Shown here piece after piece: positions 56,796 through 64,000 of a DNA stretch of 64,000 nt. Source of the DNA: Malacoraja senta (lineage: Eukaryota); contig JAXLNO010000051.1 in the NCBI GenBank assembly GCA_038087875.1, forward strand, positions 124,001 through 188,000, read 5' to 3'. The position numbers were made by a program, and so were the translations under genes. Every line of letters starts with the position of its first letter. Within the stretch, counting starts at the first letter, position 1. Below the pieces are notes generated by a model that worked only from the letters and a program-made list of their open reading frames with translations, did not search any database and had not been told where the DNA came from.

Positions 56796-57871
56796 TCATT
56801 CTTCATCCACTTCACCAGATGTTTTCTTTACGATATCCTCTGCACATTTAAAAGCTTTTTCGGGGTCTGTGAACGAGCGTACAGTGCCATTATGAATAAT
56901 CTTCATTTTAGCTGGATAAACAATTCCCTATCTCACATCGCGTATCCCTTTCAGAATATTTATTGTCTGTGTAAACAAGTTCCTTCTCTGGACGACCTCC
57001 GGGGGTAATCCCGGAAAAATCGAATATTATCCCCACGATATGTCAGATTCTCCCCATGAGTAATTTTTTTCATTACAAATTCCACTGAAGAGATATCGAG
57101 GAATTTCACAATTATCTGTCTTGGAGGAGCATTTGCCTCTCTTGAAACACGTCCAACTCTGTGAGCGACATCTATTCTTGGTGCTCCCGGCAGTTCAAAA
57201 ACATCTTTGAGTAAGTCAGTAACAAAAGTACATGTTTGAGATCCATGACGCTCTCGTTCTTCTCACTCCAACAATTCTCAAATTCTGCCTTCTCGATCTT
57301 GCTTCCAAGTCCAGACATTTATCCGTCATTTTTACGTTTTTCTTCTTCAGTTTTTTGTGATTTTTTCAAACTCTTTATTTCAGTGGCCATTACTTTCATT
57401 TCATTCTCCATCTCTTCCATTAACTCATCCAGCTTTCCCATATTATCCTTAACATCAGTGAATTTCTTATTATAGTCATTTGCGAGTCTAGCACATTCTA
57501 ATTTTTTATCAGCCTCCTTATGTTGTTTATTCAGCTCCTTTAACTCACCGTAAGCTATATAAATGTTTTGAGAAATTCTCTCCATATTAGTCTCGATACT
57601 CTGCTTATTACTCTCCATATTAGACTCCATACTCTGGATATTTTCCAGTGTAGCATTGATTGTAGCAGACATTTCTAAAAGCATTTGCTTTACCTCCTTC
57701 TCCTTCTTGTCTCCCTTTGCAGCCATTTCAAGCAGAGATCCTTGGCTGTCGAATTCTTCTTCTTCTGAGCCTTGTGAGCCTTCTTCTGTCGTTTGCAGAG
57801 TATCCAAGACTTTCTCGAGTTGGAGACATGGTGTTCTTCTTGGGTGCTCGTGAGCCTTTTTCTCTTCTCAT
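56796..57871 (-). pseudogene. L1 ORF1 (coiled coil + RRM/CTD), disrupted
   Basis: ORF 57319-57807 is a heptad-rich coiled coil; downstream reads SRRQNLRIVGV...IDVAHRVG...PPRQIIVKF...DYPPEV..RR...YPAKMKI. Confidence 0.85.
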
Positions 57872-58057
57872 TTCAAATTCCCGATTTTTAGCGTTAAACC
57901 CGTTTTTCGCGTCGCCTTCTGATGACGTCACCCTTACGCAACGCCAAGCAGCTCCGGTGAGTTTTTTAAAATCGGTACTTTAACGGTTTTTAACAGTTGT
58001 TCCCGGGGAGGAGCTCAATGTGACGCCTTCAGTGCTCCATAGCGCCATCGGAAGTCC

Positions 58058-58136
58058 GAACTCGAACTCGAGCGCGAACTCGACCTTGAACTAGAACTCG
58101 AACTATCTCGAACTATCTCGAACTCGAATTCGATCT

Positions 58137-58199
<63 letters not shown>

Positions 58200-59721
58200 T
58201 CTCTCTCTCTAACTCGATCTCGAACACGATCTCGAACTCGTACTCGAACTCGAAGTCGAACAAAATCTCGAGCTCGAAATCTATCTCGAACTCGAACTCG
58301 AATTCGATCTCGAACCCGAGTTGGATTTCGACTTACGGGCGGAGCACCAAGTACCTAGTATGTGAATACTTTGCCAATAAACTTATTTATTCATTCATTC
58401 ATTCATTTAACACGAACTCGAGCTCAAACTTGAACTCGAACTCGAACTCGAACTCTATGACGAACTCTATCTCGAACTCGAACTCTATCTCCATCTCGAA
58501 CTCCATCTCAAACTCGAGTTCGAGTTCGACTTGCGGCGGAGCATCAAGGCAAATTCCTTGTATGTGAATACATGCCCAATAAACTTATTCATTCATACCT
58601 TCATTCATTCATTCAGTCAACTCGAATCGAACTCGATCTCGAACTCGTACTCTATCTCGAACTCGAACTCTCTCGAACTCGAACTCTTATCTCGAACTAT
58701 CCCGAACTATCTCGAACGCGAACTCGAACTCTATCTTGAACTCGAAATCTATCTCCAGCTAAATCTCGAATTCGAACAAAATATCTCGGCCTCGAAATCT
58801 GTCTGGAACTCGAAGTCTATCTCGAACCCGAACTCGAAATCCATCTCGAACTCGAGTCGGAGTTCGAGGTACCGGCGGAGCACTAAGGCAAATTCCTTGT
58901 ATGTGAATAGTTGGCCAATAAACGAATTCATTCATTCATACATTCATTTAACTCGAACTCCAACTTGAACTCCAACTTGAACTCGACCTCTATCTCGAAC
59001 TCGCTCTCGAACTCTCTCTCTAACTAAAACTCGAACTCGTAGTCTATCTCGAACTCGAATTCGAAATATCTCGAATTCTCTCTCGAACTTGAACTCTATC
59101 TCGAACTCTATCTCGAACTATCTCATACGCGCTCGATCTCAAACTCGATCTCGTTCTCGAACTCGAACTCTATCTTGAACTCGAACTCAAAATCTGTCTT
59201 GAACTCGAACTCTATCGCTAGCTAAAACTCGAATTCGAATTCGAACTATCCCGACCTCGAACTTTATCTCGAACTCGAAATCTATCTCGAACTCGAACTC
59301 GAAATCTATCTCGAACTCGAGTTGGATTTCGACTTACGGGCGGAGCACCAAGGCAAATTCCTTGTTTGTGAATACTTGGCCAATAAACTTATTCATTCAT
59401 TCATTCATTCATTCATTCATTCATTCATTCAACTCGAACTCTCTCGAACTACAACTCGAACTCGAACTCGTACTCTATCTCGAACTCGAACTCTTATCTC
59501 GAACTCGAACTCTATCTCGAACTCTATCTCGAACTATCTCAAACGCAAACTCGATCTCGAACTCGAACTCGAAAACTATCTTGATCTCTATCTCGATCTC
59601 GAACTCTATCTCGAACTCGAACTCTATCTCGAACTCGAACTATCTCGAGCTCGAACTATCTCTAACTCGAAATTTATTTCGAAATCTATCTCGAAGTCGA
59701 ACTCTATCTCGAACTCGAACT
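58058..59721 (+). repeat. Complex satellite block, higher-order paralog of ~45730-47150
   Basis: Four cores (~58335, 58533, 58873, 59336) match ~45886, 46083, 46447 and 46905 in order and in several variants. Confidence 0.9.
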
Positions 59722-60175
59722 CCCACTAGCGTTTTCTGCCCCTTAGTGTTTCGCAGCTCTACCCATATCGATTCCACACCCTCCAAGCTAATGTCCTTCC
59801 TTTCTATTGCGCTAATCTCCTCTCTAACCAGCAACGCTACCCCACCTCCTTTTCCTTTCTGTCTATCCCTCCTGAATATTGAATATCCCTGGATGTTCAG
59901 CTCCCAGCCTTGGCCACCCTGTAGCCATGTCTCCGTGATCCCAACTACATCATAATCATTAATAGCTATCTGCACAATCAACTCATCCACCGTATTACGA
60001 ATGCTCCTTGCATTAAGACAAAGCCTTCAGGCTTGTTTTTACAACACTCTTACCCCTTATACAATTATGTTGAAAAGTGGCACTTTTTGATTTTTGCCCT
60101 GGATTTGTCTGCCTGCCACTTTTACTTTTCACCTTGCTACCTATTGCTTCTACCCTCATTTTACACCCCTACACA
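59722..60175 (-). mobile_element. CR1 APE-region fragment, duplicate of 18860-19312
   Basis: ORF 59640-59990 (GITETWLQG..GWEL); identical 5' junction acacccctacacatagagttcgag. Confidence 0.9.

Positions 60176-64000
<3,825 letters not shown>

Larger units (their letters stand above)
51382..58057 (-). mobile_element. Full-length (6.7 kb) L1-clade LINE, decayed
   Basis: 5' end GGACTTCCGATGGCG; ORF1, long inter-ORF spacer, ORF2; 3' AATAAA and short polyA at 51382-51405. No TSD seen. Confidence 0.92.

Overview
This is a gene-free, repeat-saturated vertebrate genomic window. The retroelement spectrum (abundant CR1, Rex1/Babar, L1, Tx1, Vingi-like, Gypsy, SINE and Penelope-type remnants) suggests a cartilaginous fish such as a skate or ray; this is an inference. 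No intact host gene or intact TE ORF2 is visible, and there is a 200-N gap at 35003-35202. About 40% of the window is one unusual CpG-rich complex tandem repeat. It has ~50 hand-counted head-to-tail copies of a conserved ~55-bp core (GGGCGGAGCACCAAGGCAAATTCCTTGTATGTGAATACTTGGCCAATAAAC) followed by (TTCA)n. The cores are separated by 0.2-1.1 kb tracts of (CTCGAA)n hexamer variants, and a short fold-back of the hexamer precedes each core. The core looks like a Rex1/Babar LINE 3' end (stem-loops, AATAAA, microsatellite tail). The array shows higher-order duplication and flips orientation at two large inverted duplications (about 4.8-15.9 kb and 25.7-40.3 kb) and at a microhomology junction at 59.72 kb. 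Other notable items: two Tx1-like insertions at the same site inside a Rex1 element, an internally deleted Vingi-like LINE with an 11-bp TSD, an ERVL-like pol relic, minimal hammerhead-ribozyme motifs, and a full-length but decayed L1.
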